Positions 26,587 through 35,187 of a DNA stretch of 64,000 nucleotides are shown here, piece after piece. Made by a program: the position numbers and the translations under genes. Below the pieces are notes generated by a model. It was given only the letters and a program-made list of their open reading frames with translations, was not told the origin of the DNA and searched no databases. This DNA is from a candidate division WOR-3 bacterium (GTDB taxonomy: Bacteria; Hydrothermota; Hydrothermia; Hydrothermales; Hydrothermaceae). The stretch covers positions 49,767-113,766 of the forward strand of contig CBFGJO010000001.1 of assembly GCA_965649125.1 (NCBI GenBank), read 5' to 3'. Every line of letters starts with the position of its first letter. The stretch's first letter is position 1.

Positions 26587-28325
26587 AATACAAGGTTATT
26601 GTCTCTATAAATTACATCATAACCTTCAAAAAAAGAAGCAGGAGAAGAAATTATCTTTTTATAATGAGGTTTTTTATCCTCAACATGTTCAATTTTTAAA
26701 AAAAGACTTTTTTCTAAAAGACAGCCTATCAAGCAGCACTGCACTTCAAACTTTTCTTCCCTTCCTTTTTTATAAACAAAAATTGTATCATTTTCTCTTA
26801 TATATTTAGATAATTCAAAATACGATTTTGCAATATCCTCTCTTATCCATTTTTCAAAAGGTTTTCCTTTATAGTTATTTAAATAACTCCATGGTTTTGG
26901 AGAGATAATTCCATTTAAACCTAAAAGAAGTGAATATGCTGAAAGAAAGGATAAAAGTATTTCAACTTTTCTTTGTCTAAATCTATCCCATAAATATATA
27001 TAGGAAAAAATTGAGGTAAAGAAAAGAAAAATTACAAATCTTGTCCACCATTTATAGGGTATTGTTAAATAAAATAAAAAGAAAAATAAAAAAAGTTTCA
27101 ACAAATCTAATTTTTTTTCTTTAACACCTTTAAAAAGAAGGATGAATATAGGGATAAAAAAAAGGGTACTTATAAAGATTGGGCCAAATCCACCAAAGCG
27201 GTTGTCATACAGATAAAAATTTACTTTTTCCTCTTTTGAAAATTCTAAAAGCCTTTTAAAAATTTCAAAAATATTAAATGTAAAAACAGTGGGGTCTATT
27301 TTAAATTCTCCCTTTGAGAGTGTAAATTTAAAAAATTTTATCTCAAATAAGGGAAAGACACTTTTTGTATTTATATAGTTAAAAATATAAAAGTGGAGTG
27401 AGGAGAAAAATGAAAAAATTATCGCAAAAATTAAATGAATGTATTTCCTTTTCTTAAAATAACAAATTGATGAATAGATTAAAAAAATAAGAAAAAGTGG
27501 AAGGAATGAATATTTTGTTCCTGCACCAAGTGAAAGTGAAAGAAGAGAAAGGAATTTTGAAAAATCATCCCTTTTAATTAGAAAATTTAAAAAAATTATA
27601 AAAAAAATATTTGTTTCAATATCAACATATCCTGTTACGCTTTGTTGGATAATCACAGGGGTGAAAAACAGAATAAAAGAAAAGACTGCCTTTTCTTTTT
27701 CTATTTCAAATTTTCTTAAAATTGAATACAATGAGAGAATGCCAAAGAATAAAAACAAAAGATGAATTACACTTATTCCCCTTAAAGTATTTGTAAAAAG
27801 ATAATAATAGGAAAATAAGAATTCAACATTTTTTGGGAAAAAAAATGCTGGCTTTATAAAAAATGTTTCAAAATTTTTATAAGATGGAATGCCTCCTTCT
27901 ATCAAAATTCTTGAAGAAATTGGCAGATGATATGCATACGTATCCCATCCAGCAGGCGGGTGAAAATACGAAAATCTTAATATAAAAAATATTCCAAAAA
28001 ATACAAGTAAAAAAAGAAATGAAACAAAAGGATTTTTAAGGAGAATTAAAAAAGAGAAAAGAGAGAATTTTGAGTCTTTCACAAAAAAGGAAAAATTTTT
28101 TCTAAAAACAATGAGTAAAATAAAAGATATTATCAGAATGTAAAAAAGGAATGAATAAAAATTTACAAAGTGAAAATAACCAAAAAAAGGGAAAAATGAA
28201 ATTAAAGATAAAATATAAAGTAAAAAGGCAGAAATTAATTTATCTATGAAAGAAAAACTTTTTTTGAAAGAATAAAGGAAAAGCATAAAAGAAAGATAAA
28301 GAAGAAAATTTAAAAGGAAAAACAT
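26571..28325 (-). CDS. Large polytopic membrane protein, putative GT-C-fold (PMT/ArnT-like) glycosyltransferase
   Basis: 584 aa. About 11 TM helices in the N-terminal 420 aa followed by a soluble C-terminal domain, the architecture of GT39/GT83-type enzymes. Confidence 0.4.
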   Translation of the reverse strand: MFFLLNFLLYLSFMLFLYSFKKSFSFIDKLISAFLLYILSLISFFPFFGYFHFVNFYSFLFYILIISFILLIVFRKNFSFFVKDSKFSLFSFLILLKNPFVSFLFLLVFFGIFFILRFSYFHPPAGWDTYAYHLPISSRILIEGGIPSYKNFETFFIKPAFFFPKNVEFLFSYYYLFTNTLRGISVIHLLFLFFGILSLYSILRKFEIEKEKAVFSFILFFTPVIIQQSVTGYVDIETNIFFIIFLNFLIKRDDFSKFLSLLSLSLGAGTKYSFLPLFLIFLIYSSICYFKKRKYIHLIFAIIFSFFSSLHFYIFNYINTKSVFPLFEIKFFKFTLSKGEFKIDPTVFTFNIFEIFKRLLEFSKEEKVNFYLYDNRFGGFGPIFISTLFFIPIFILLFKGVKEKKLDLLKLFLFFFLFYLTIPYKWWTRFVIFLFFTSIFSYIYLWDRFRQRKVEILLSFLSAYSLLLGLNGIISPKPWSYLNNYKGKPFEKWIREDIAKSYFELSKYIRENDTIFVYKKGREEKFEVQCCLIGCLLEKSLFLKIEHVEDKKPHYKKIISSPASFFEGYDVIYRDNNLVLWLKR

Positions 28326-28538
28326 CTACAAATATCCTAAATTTTTGAGTCTCTCCCTTATTTTTTGAATTTCTTCTTTTGTAAGTTCGGTCTCTTTATT
28401 TTCTCTACTAATTGAAACAAGGTCTCTCAACACATATACAATAAACTCGTTAACACTTGAAAAACCGGTCCCTTCAATAATTTTCTTTAATTTATTATAA
28501 AGTGGTCTTGGAATTTTTATAGTAACTTTATCCCTCAT
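28326..28538 (-). CDS. Small ribbon-helix-helix (CopG/Arc-like) DNA-binding protein
   Basis: 70 aa. N-terminal beta-strand plus two helices, MRDKVTIKIPRPLYNKLKKIIEGTGFSSVNEFIVYVLRDLV. Abuts tRNA-Leu. Confidence 0.45.
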   Translation of the reverse strand: MRDKVTIKIPRPLYNKLKKIIEGTGFSSVNEFIVYVLRDLVSISRENKETELTKEEIQKIRERLKNLGYL

Positions 28539-28550
28539 AGATAAATTTAT

Positions 28551-28636
28551 GCCGGGAGGGGGATTTGAACCCCCACAGGATTTCCTCCCAGCGGATTTTG
28601 AGTCCGCCGCGTCTACCTAATTCCGCCATCCCGGCA
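28551..28636 (-). tRNA. tRNA-Leu (anticodon CAA)
   Basis: The reverse complement folds as a cloverleaf: acceptor GCCGGGA/TCCCGGC, anticodon stem GCGGA/TCCGC with loop CUCAAAA, long variable arm, T-loop GGGGGTTCAAATCCCCC. Coordinates are +/-2 nt. Confidence 0.85.
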
Positions 28637-28713
28637 AGGTTTATAAGTATAAAATATTACAAAATTTTATTTCAATTGAAACTTTTTTATCTTTTTCCTC
28701 GTATTTTATATAA

Positions 28714-29187
28714 ATGAAATGTGAAATAATAGAAGAGAAAATAATTCAAATTCTTGAGGGTGAAAATCTTTCTAAGGAAACCTTTATTCATATTGAAAAA
28801 TGCTCCTCCTGTAAAAACTTTTATAATTACATAACTCTATTAAAGAACGAAATAATTAAAATTGAGAAATTTGAACCCTCTTTTGATTTTGAAGAAAGAT
28901 TAATATCTTTAATTTTAAAAGAGTCAAATTGTCTAAAAATTTCTGCCTTTTTATTATCTTCTTTTATCTTTTTATCAATTTTATTTTTATTATATTCTTT
29001 TAAAAAAATTATAATGTTTGTATCAAAAATGGCATCCTTGTTTAAAATTCTTTCTTCTATTTTTGAATTAAAAACATATTACATAATCACTCCAGTTGTT
29101 TTTACATTCATTATAACAGATATAATTTTTCTCTTTATTTTAGGTTATTTACTTAAAAAAGTTGCTTTAAAGGAGGTGAAACTATGA
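28714..29187 (+). CDS. Zinc-binding (ZAS-type) membrane-anchored anti-sigma factor
   Basis: HIEKCSSC is the HxxxCxxC ZAS motif, in an about 80-aa cytoplasmic N-domain followed by TM segments. Confidence 0.55.
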   Translation: MKCEIIEEKIIQILEGENLSKETFIHIEKCSSCKNFYNYITLLKNEIIKIEKFEPSFDFEERLISLILKESNCLKISAFLLSSFIFLSILFLLYSFKKIIMFVSKMASLFKILSSIFELKTYYIITPVVFTFIITDIIFLFILGYLLKKVALKEVKL

Positions 29188-30122
29188 AGAAATTATTAAT
29201 CCTCCTCTTCACAATATTCTTTTTAAATGCTTTTTATATAAGAAAGGAAGAAAGAATTGAGGAAGATGTATCTATCATAGGTGAATCACTCATAATTGAG
29301 GGAGAAGTAGAGGGAGATGTTCTTGTGATAAATGGTGACCTTGAACTATACGGGAAAATCTATGGTGATGTTGCGATCATTGGTGGGAATGCAAATTTAT
29401 ATTCTGGCTCTTATATAAAAGGGAATTTAGCAGCAATTGGAGGAAAAATAAATAAAGAAAAAGATGCAGAAATTGAGGGTGAAATTTCACAAATTTCTCT
29501 TGGACCTTTAAATATTCTTTTAAAACTCATTCCCCATAAAGGTAAGGTTAAAGTTAAAATTGAAGAGGATGGAATTAAAACAAAAATTAAAGAAAAGAAA
29601 AAATATACAGTGCCTATTTTTCTTTTCATCTGGGGAATTTCCCTTTCTTTAATTATTCTTTTAATCTCTCTTATAGTCCCCCAAGGCATTGAAAATATGG
29701 AAACATTTATTGAAAAAAGGATGGGCACCTGTTTCCTCATAGGGTTTTCAGTAGAAATATTTTTTGTTCCGGGTTTAATTTTTTTAATAATAAGTATCAT
29801 AGGGATACCACTTATCCCTATTTTCATTATGGCATTTATACTTGCACTTTTAATTTCCCTTGCACCTTCTTCTTTATTTGTTGGCAAACTAATTAAGAAA
29901 AATGCTCCATTTTTACCCTCACAAACTTATTTTCTCTCCTTTGCAGGTCTTATAATTCTTTTTATAATTTTAATTTTAGGAAATCTTTTAAGGATTGGAA
30001 GCGGACTATTCGCATTTTTTGGATTTACCATTAATTTAATAACCTTTTTTATACTATATCTTTATTTTACATTTGGTCTTGGTTCCATTATACTATCACA
30101 ACTTGGAACAAAAAGACTGTGA
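29184..30122 (+). CDS. Membrane protein with N-terminal bactofilin-like beta-helix repeats and C-terminal multi-TM domain
   Basis: Repeats IEGEVEGDVLVINGDLELYGKIYGDVAIIGGNANLYSGSYIKGNLAAIGG (polymer-forming/DUF domain type), then about 5 TM helices. Sits between the anti-sigma and sigma genes with a 4-nt overlap. Confidence 0.4.
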   Translation: MKKLLILLFTIFFLNAFYIRKEERIEEDVSIIGESLIIEGEVEGDVLVINGDLELYGKIYGDVAIIGGNANLYSGSYIKGNLAAIGGKINKEKDAEIEGEISQISLGPLNILLKLIPHKGKVKVKIEEDGIKTKIKEKKKYTVPIFLFIWGISLSLIILLISLIVPQGIENMETFIEKRMGTCFLIGFSVEIFFVPGLIFLIISIIGIPLIPIFIMAFILALLISLAPSSLFVGKLIKKNAPFLPSQTYFLSFAGLIILFIILILGNLLRIGSGLFAFFGFTINLITFFILYLYFTFGLGSIILSQLGTKRL

Positions 30123-30629
30123 ATGGAATCAAATGAGGAATATATTGAAAAACTTAAACAAAAAGATGAAAATGCTGTAAGAATCTTTATAAGAGAATAT
30201 AAGATTCCTCTTTATAATTACATTTATAGAATTGTATATAACAGAGAAGATGCGGAGGATTTACTTCAAGAAGTATTCTTAAAAATTTTTAAAAATATAG
30301 ATAGTATAGATTTCAAAAGGAATTTGAGAAGTTTTATTTTTAAAATAGCAAGAAACTCCTGTATTGATTTTTTAAGAAAGAGAAAGAGTAGAATACCATT
30401 TATTGAAGAAATTTATGAAAGTAAAAATGATATTTATGAAAGGATGAAGTTAAAGGGAAAAATTGAGAGGGCTCTTTTAAATTTAAAAGAGGAAGATAGA
30501 GAAATCATAATACTAAAGTATATTGAAAATTTTAAAATAAAAGAGATTTCGGAGATAACCGGGATTCCTGAAAACACAGTAAAAATAAGGATTTTTCGTG
30601 CATTAAAGAAACTTGCATCTTATTTTTAA
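30123..30629 (+). CDS. ECF-subfamily sigma-70 factor
   Basis: Region 2 ...DAEDLLQEVFLKIFKNIDSID...FKIARNSCIDFLRKRK and region 4 HTH IKEISEITGIPENTVKIRIFRALKKL. Confidence 0.85.
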   Translation: MESNEEYIEKLKQKDENAVRIFIREYKIPLYNYIYRIVYNREDAEDLLQEVFLKIFKNIDSIDFKRNLRSFIFKIARNSCIDFLRKRKSRIPFIEEIYESKNDIYERMKLKGKIERALLNLKEEDREIIILKYIENFKIKEISEITGIPENTVKIRIFRALKKLASYF

Positions 30630-30711
30630 TGCCGGGGGCGGGATTTGAACCCGCACGGGTTTTCCCGCATGGCCCTCAACCATGTGCGTCTGCCAGTTCC
30701 GCCACCCCGGC
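30630..30711 (-). tRNA. tRNA-Leu (anticodon GAG)
   Basis: Reverse complement: GCCGGGG...anticodon stem CATGG/CCATG with loop UUGAGGG, long variable arm, T-arm GCGGGTTCAAATCCCGC, discriminator A. Coordinates are +/-2 nt. Confidence 0.8.
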
Positions 30712-30811
30712 AAAAACAAATTATAATATTAAAGAAAATTTAATCTCATTTTCAAATAAATTGATTTTAAAAATAAAAATCCTTAATATTATAAATTTAA
30801 AGGAGGGTTCA

Positions 30812-33388
30812 ATGAAAAAATTATTTATGATTTTATTTTTAAATAGTATTCTTTTATCTCTTCCTTACTGGGATGAATACGATTTTATAAAATCTGGACA
30901 GGATTTAAAGGGGAAAGCAGTATTTGAGTGGGAAATTAAAAGAGGGGAACATAATTTTCAAACATGGAGTTACATCCATGAACTTTTTCAAACAGCGAGT
31001 TTTCTGACAACCTTACAGGTATCTGACACAAATTCTCCTAATTTTGGTGGAATGATTGAAGGTGAGAATGCAATGAATATAATAGAGACTGATAATACCC
31101 AGGAAGCAATATGGGTATGGTCAAGATATATAGAGTTAACAGGTGATACATTGTATAAAAAAAATATAAGAAGGGCATGGATATATGTGAAAAATTTCCC
31201 TGCATGGAGAGAAGAAGGAACAACAGATTATTATAGGGTATGGAACTGTGGGCTCGGTCTTTTTGCTGAACAAAAATATAGGGAAGTAAATCAGGATAGT
31301 TCTTATAAATGGTATGCAGATTCATGCATACTGTATATTCTCACACATGACCTTCCTTTTACAGGGATTGATACATTTTATAAAAGACTTCATCCAAAGG
31401 TCCAGAGTTTTGCTGCTGGATGTCTTTATTTATACGCAAAGAGCATAAACGATTCAGCACTTATGGACTCGGCAATTGAAATGGCTATAAGGGTTAAAAA
31501 CTGGGTTGAACAGAACCCAAGTGCAAGACTCAATGATGAGGTATGGGCTATGTCAGGAGGGACTGTTGTATGGGGTCTGTGTAACTCTATTTTTAAGGAT
31601 GATAGCGCATTAGGTTATAACTGGCTAAATATGTATATTCCTTTGATGAAATATTATCAGCCAACAGGAGAGTGGAACAACTCATGGAATATATGGTATG
31701 CAAGGGCTTATGATGCCTCAGCAAGAATAGCACAAAAACCTGATTGGGATTTATTCCATCATGAGTTAACAGATACTTTGCTAATTCAGGACTCTGATAA
31801 TGATGGAGGTGTTCCTCCTACAAAAGGAGACCCTCCAACAGGGGATCATTCCTGGATATCCTCTTATATGGTATTTATGGGTTTTGAAAATCTAATGGAT
31901 TCATTAAAAAATTACGATGTTGGAGTTGCAGAGTTTTTATCACCTAATCCAGGTCTACCAAGTGTTCCATATGATACAATTCCAGTAATTTTAAGAATTC
32001 CAAATTATGGTTTTGAACGAGTTGATTATTTTACATTGCACCTTGAATCTCCATTTACATATGATACGATTCTTTCACTCTCCATGGGAGAAGAAAAAGA
32101 AGTATATTTAACTGATTGGATTCCAAATTCACCAGGAAATTATAATTTTAAAGCGTATACAATTTTCCCCGCAGATGAGAGAAAATCAAATGATACTTTA
32201 AAGTTTTTATATGAGGTAAAACCCTATGTAGTGCTACAGGGATGGATAAGGGATAGTGTGAATCAAAGAGGAATTAAAACAAAATTAGAAATAAGATTTT
32301 TAAATGGTAATTTTTATAAATACACAATAAGTGATACAAATGGATATTTCATTACATTTATTCCTGAATCAATATACACTTTAAAATTTTTACAAAGAAT
32401 TCCTTATCCTGAAATAAGGATTGATTCAATCAAAATAAATTCTGATACATCTATCTATGTTACTACTCTACCTTCTCAACTTCTTGTTATAAATAGAGAT
32501 TCTGCAGGCAAATATAATGAATATTATAAGGAGGTGCTTGACTCACTAAATTTAAGGTACTGTATATGGGTGGTAAGGGATAGCGGGCTTTTTCATTTCA
32601 GTAAAATAAACGAATTTGAAAATAGATTAATCCTATGGTTTACAGGTGATAGTAAAATAAATACCGTTTCCTCATCTGAACAAGAAAGTTTGAAACTATT
32701 TCTTCAAGAGGGAGGAAGATTACTTCTAACAGGACAGAATATAGGAGAGGATATAGGAAATACCTCCTTTTATACAAACTATTTACACGCAATATTTGTT
32801 GCACCAACCCATATAGGCTCACTTGTTTTTCCAATTAAATCGGATACCTTAGGTTCAAATTTTAAGAAAATTTCAACAATTGGCGCAGCAAATAACCAGA
32901 ATTCAAAAGATATAATATTAAATGATACATATTCAAACCTTTTTTTAACTTACGATACATTAAATATAAAGGGAGCAGGAATATGGTATAATGATATAAA
33001 TTTTAACTATAAAATAATATACTTTCCTTTTGGACTTGAAGCAGTGAAAAATGTGTATAATCCATCCTATTCTTCAAGATATGAAATAATGAAAAAATGT
33101 TTAGAATGGCTCGGTCTTGAGATAAAAGTTAAGGAAAGAACCTTTCAAAATATGGAAGAAAAGCTCTTTTTCTTAAATATTATAAAGGGAGAGGGTCAAA
33201 TTATTATAGGAAAAAACCTAAATTTTGAGAAAATAAAATTAATAGATATATGTGGAAGAAAGATAAATATCAAAATCATTCCTTATAAAGATTTTTTGAA
33301 AATCCTCTTTAAAGGGAAAGAAGGAATTTATTTTCTTCAATTAGAAAATAATAAAACAAGGATATTTAAATTGGTGATAATTAAGTAA
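30812..33388 (+). CDS. Secreted multidomain protein with T9SS C-terminal sorting domain (cargo of the type IX secretion system)
   Basis: The real start is MKKLFMILFLNSILLSLP (signal peptide), preceded by AGGAGG. The ORF-track start at 30629 runs through the tRNA. The Trp-rich N-domain (alpha/alpha)6-like, a CarboxypepD_reg-like beta-sandwich (GWIRDSVNQRGIKTKLEIRF...TISDTNGYF) and a C-terminal tail (LIDICGRKINIKIIPYKD...EGIYFLQLENNKTRIFKLVIIK) fit the Por_Secre_tail pattern. Confidence 0.6.
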   Translation: MKKLFMILFLNSILLSLPYWDEYDFIKSGQDLKGKAVFEWEIKRGEHNFQTWSYIHELFQTASFLTTLQVSDTNSPNFGGMIEGENAMNIIETDNTQEAIWVWSRYIELTGDTLYKKNIRRAWIYVKNFPAWREEGTTDYYRVWNCGLGLFAEQKYREVNQDSSYKWYADSCILYILTHDLPFTGIDTFYKRLHPKVQSFAAGCLYLYAKSINDSALMDSAIEMAIRVKNWVEQNPSARLNDEVWAMSGGTVVWGLCNSIFKDDSALGYNWLNMYIPLMKYYQPTGEWNNSWNIWYARAYDASARIAQKPDWDLFHHELTDTLLIQDSDNDGGVPPTKGDPPTGDHSWISSYMVFMGFENLMDSLKNYDVGVAEFLSPNPGLPSVPYDTIPVILRIPNYGFERVDYFTLHLESPFTYDTILSLSMGEEKEVYLTDWIPNSPGNYNFKAYTIFPADERKSNDTLKFLYEVKPYVVLQGWIRDSVNQRGIKTKLEIRFLNGNFYKYTISDTNGYFITFIPESIYTLKFLQRIPYPEIRIDSIKINSDTSIYVTTLPSQLLVINRDSAGKYNEYYKEVLDSLNLRYCIWVVRDSGLFHFSKINEFENRLILWFTGDSKINTVSSSEQESLKLFLQEGGRLLLTGQNIGEDIGNTSFYTNYLHAIFVAPTHIGSLVFPIKSDTLGSNFKKISTIGAANNQNSKDIILNDTYSNLFLTYDTLNIKGAGIWYNDINFNYKIIYFPFGLEAVKNVYNPSYSSRYEIMKKCLEWLGLEIKVKERTFQNMEEKLFFLNIIKGEGQIIIGKNLNFEKIKLIDICGRKINIKIIPYKDFLKILFKGKEGIYFLQLENNKTRIFKLVIIK

Positions 33389-33390
33389 AA

Positions 33391-34407
33391 TTACTTCTTC
33401 CAATCACATATAAAAACATTGGTATCGTGGGGGGTCTTACCCTTTCTATTTGAGCAAAAAACAAGTTTTTTTCCACAAGGAGAAAACATCGGGAATGAAT
33501 CAAATCCTTCAAAATAGGTGATCCTTTCTAAACCTTCGCCATCAGGCTTTATTATGTATAAATCAAAATTTCTTGGTGATTCTAAATTTGCAGAAAATAT
33601 TATATATTTGCCCGAAGGATGCCACTGGGGTGCAAAACATATCTTTTTAAAATTTGTAATTTTCTTTAAATTTTTTCCATCTATATCAATTATAAAGAGT
33701 TCCATCCATGGGGGTGAAACAACCCTTTTTTCTAAAAGTTCAATATATTCTTTTTTTTCCTCCTCTTCCTCAGGATAAAATGCTCTAAAAACTATTTTTT
33801 TTCCATCAGGGGAAAACCATGGACCACCTTCATAACCAAACTCGTTTATAAGTTTTTTAACTTCTTTAGTTAAAGGATCAAGAATATATATCCCTATATC
33901 TCCTTCTCTAAAAGAGGTAAAAACGATCTTCCCATCTTTTGAAACAATGCCTTCTGCATCATATTCGGGATTATAAGTAAGTCTTTCTATTATTTCTCCT
34001 TCCCTTGTTGCAAGATATATGTCATAATCAAAAATTGTCCAGTAGTATCTTTTTAAATTAAGTTTTGGAACTTCCGGACAATCCTTTGAAATATGATGCG
34101 TTGATGAATATATTATTCTTTTATCATCTGGTAAAAAGAAAGAACAGGTTGTTCTTCCAAGTCCAGTTGAAACAATTTTTAAATTTTTACCATTTATATC
34201 CATTATGAATATCTGGTCACATTTGAATTCTTTTCGTGTGCTTTGAAATATCAAATATTTGCCATCCCATGAAAAATATGCTTCCGCATTATCACCTTCA
34301 AATGTGAGTTGCTTTATATTTGATATATATTTTCCCTCACCTTTAAAGATTAAATTTCTTGAACATGAAAAACATATAAGGATTAAAAGGAACAATTTTT
34401 TATTCAT
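33391..34407 (-). CDS. Periplasmic PD40/TolB-like beta-propeller repeat protein
   Basis: Signal peptide, then repeated ...W.SPDGKKIVF / WHPSGKYIIFSAN / FSPCGKKLVFCSN units. Confidence 0.65.
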   Translation of the reverse strand: MNKKLFLLILICFSCSRNLIFKGEGKYISNIKQLTFEGDNAEAYFSWDGKYLIFQSTRKEFKCDQIFIMDINGKNLKIVSTGLGRTTCSFFLPDDKRIIYSSTHHISKDCPEVPKLNLKRYYWTIFDYDIYLATREGEIIERLTYNPEYDAEGIVSKDGKIVFTSFREGDIGIYILDPLTKEVKKLINEFGYEGGPWFSPDGKKIVFRAFYPEEEEEKKEYIELLEKRVVSPPWMELFIIDIDGKNLKKITNFKKICFAPQWHPSGKYIIFSANLESPRNFDLYIIKPDGEGLERITYFEGFDSFPMFSPCGKKLVFCSNRKGKTPHDTNVFICDWKK

Positions 34408-34416
34408 GTTTACCTC

Positions 34417-35130
34417 CTATAGAAATATTTCAAGTTCTTTAAAATCCCTTATTTCAAAATCTGGCTTTGGAAAATTCTCTGGATATTTATACCCCTTTGG
34501 ATTGTAATAGATTGAAAAAATGCCAGCATTTTTTGCACCAACAACATCAAGTTCCGGTCTATCACCTATATGAACAATCTCATTTTTAAGTATATTGAAG
34601 TCATCAATTGCTTTTTCAAATATCTCTGGATGGGGCTTTCTTATACCAACTTCACAGGAAAAATAAAAAGCATCAAAGAAATCAAAAATTTTATTTCCCT
34701 TTAATATCTCCCTTTCAACATTTGCACCGGGTGTATTTGAAATGATTATTATTTTTTTATTTTTTGATTTTGCCTTCTTCAAAAAATCAACAATACCATT
34801 TGAAATATTAAATCCCGCATTTATTAAAAACTCTTCATATACTTTAACAACCCTTTCAACCTTTTCCATACTTACCTCTATTTTTAAAGACATGAGTATA
34901 TCAGAAACTATCTTTTTTAATGTTATTTCCTTTGTTTCATCATAGGATTTATAAATTTCCCATATTTCATGAGATATATATTTTATCAACTCAGAATTTA
35001 CATCATACCCCCATTCTTTAAAAACTTTTGAAAGACAGGATGCCCTTTTTCTCCTCATATTTTCAACCTTTTCAGCATCTATAGGAACTATCGTATCCCA
35101 GTAATCAAAACTGAATAATTTAAATTTCAT
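34417..35130 (-). CDS. HAD-superfamily hydrolase (subfamily IA-like)
   Basis: Motif I FDYWDT near the N-terminus, motif III/IV ...HIGDRPELDV. 237 aa. Confidence 0.7.
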   Translation of the reverse strand: MKFKLFSFDYWDTIVPIDAEKVENMRRKRASCLSKVFKEWGYDVNSELIKYISHEIWEIYKSYDETKEITLKKIVSDILMSLKIEVSMEKVERVVKVYEEFLINAGFNISNGIVDFLKKAKSKNKKIIIISNTPGANVEREILKGNKIFDFFDAFYFSCEVGIRKPHPEIFEKAIDDFNILKNEIVHIGDRPELDVVGAKNAGIFSIYYNPKGYKYPENFPKPDFEIRDFKELEIFL

Positions 35131-35187
35131 AAGTTTTAATTTTAAAGAATATTAAAAAATTTTTTCAATATCTTTTAGCATTTTGAA

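Noticed and set aside
30629-30811. ORF-track start of the 919-aa protein at 30629 (MPGAGFEPARVFPHGPQPCASASS...).
   Set aside because: The first 61 codons are the reverse complement of tRNA-Leu(GAG) and intergenic sequence. The real start is ATG 30812 with signal peptide MKKLFMILFL and an AGGAGG RBS.
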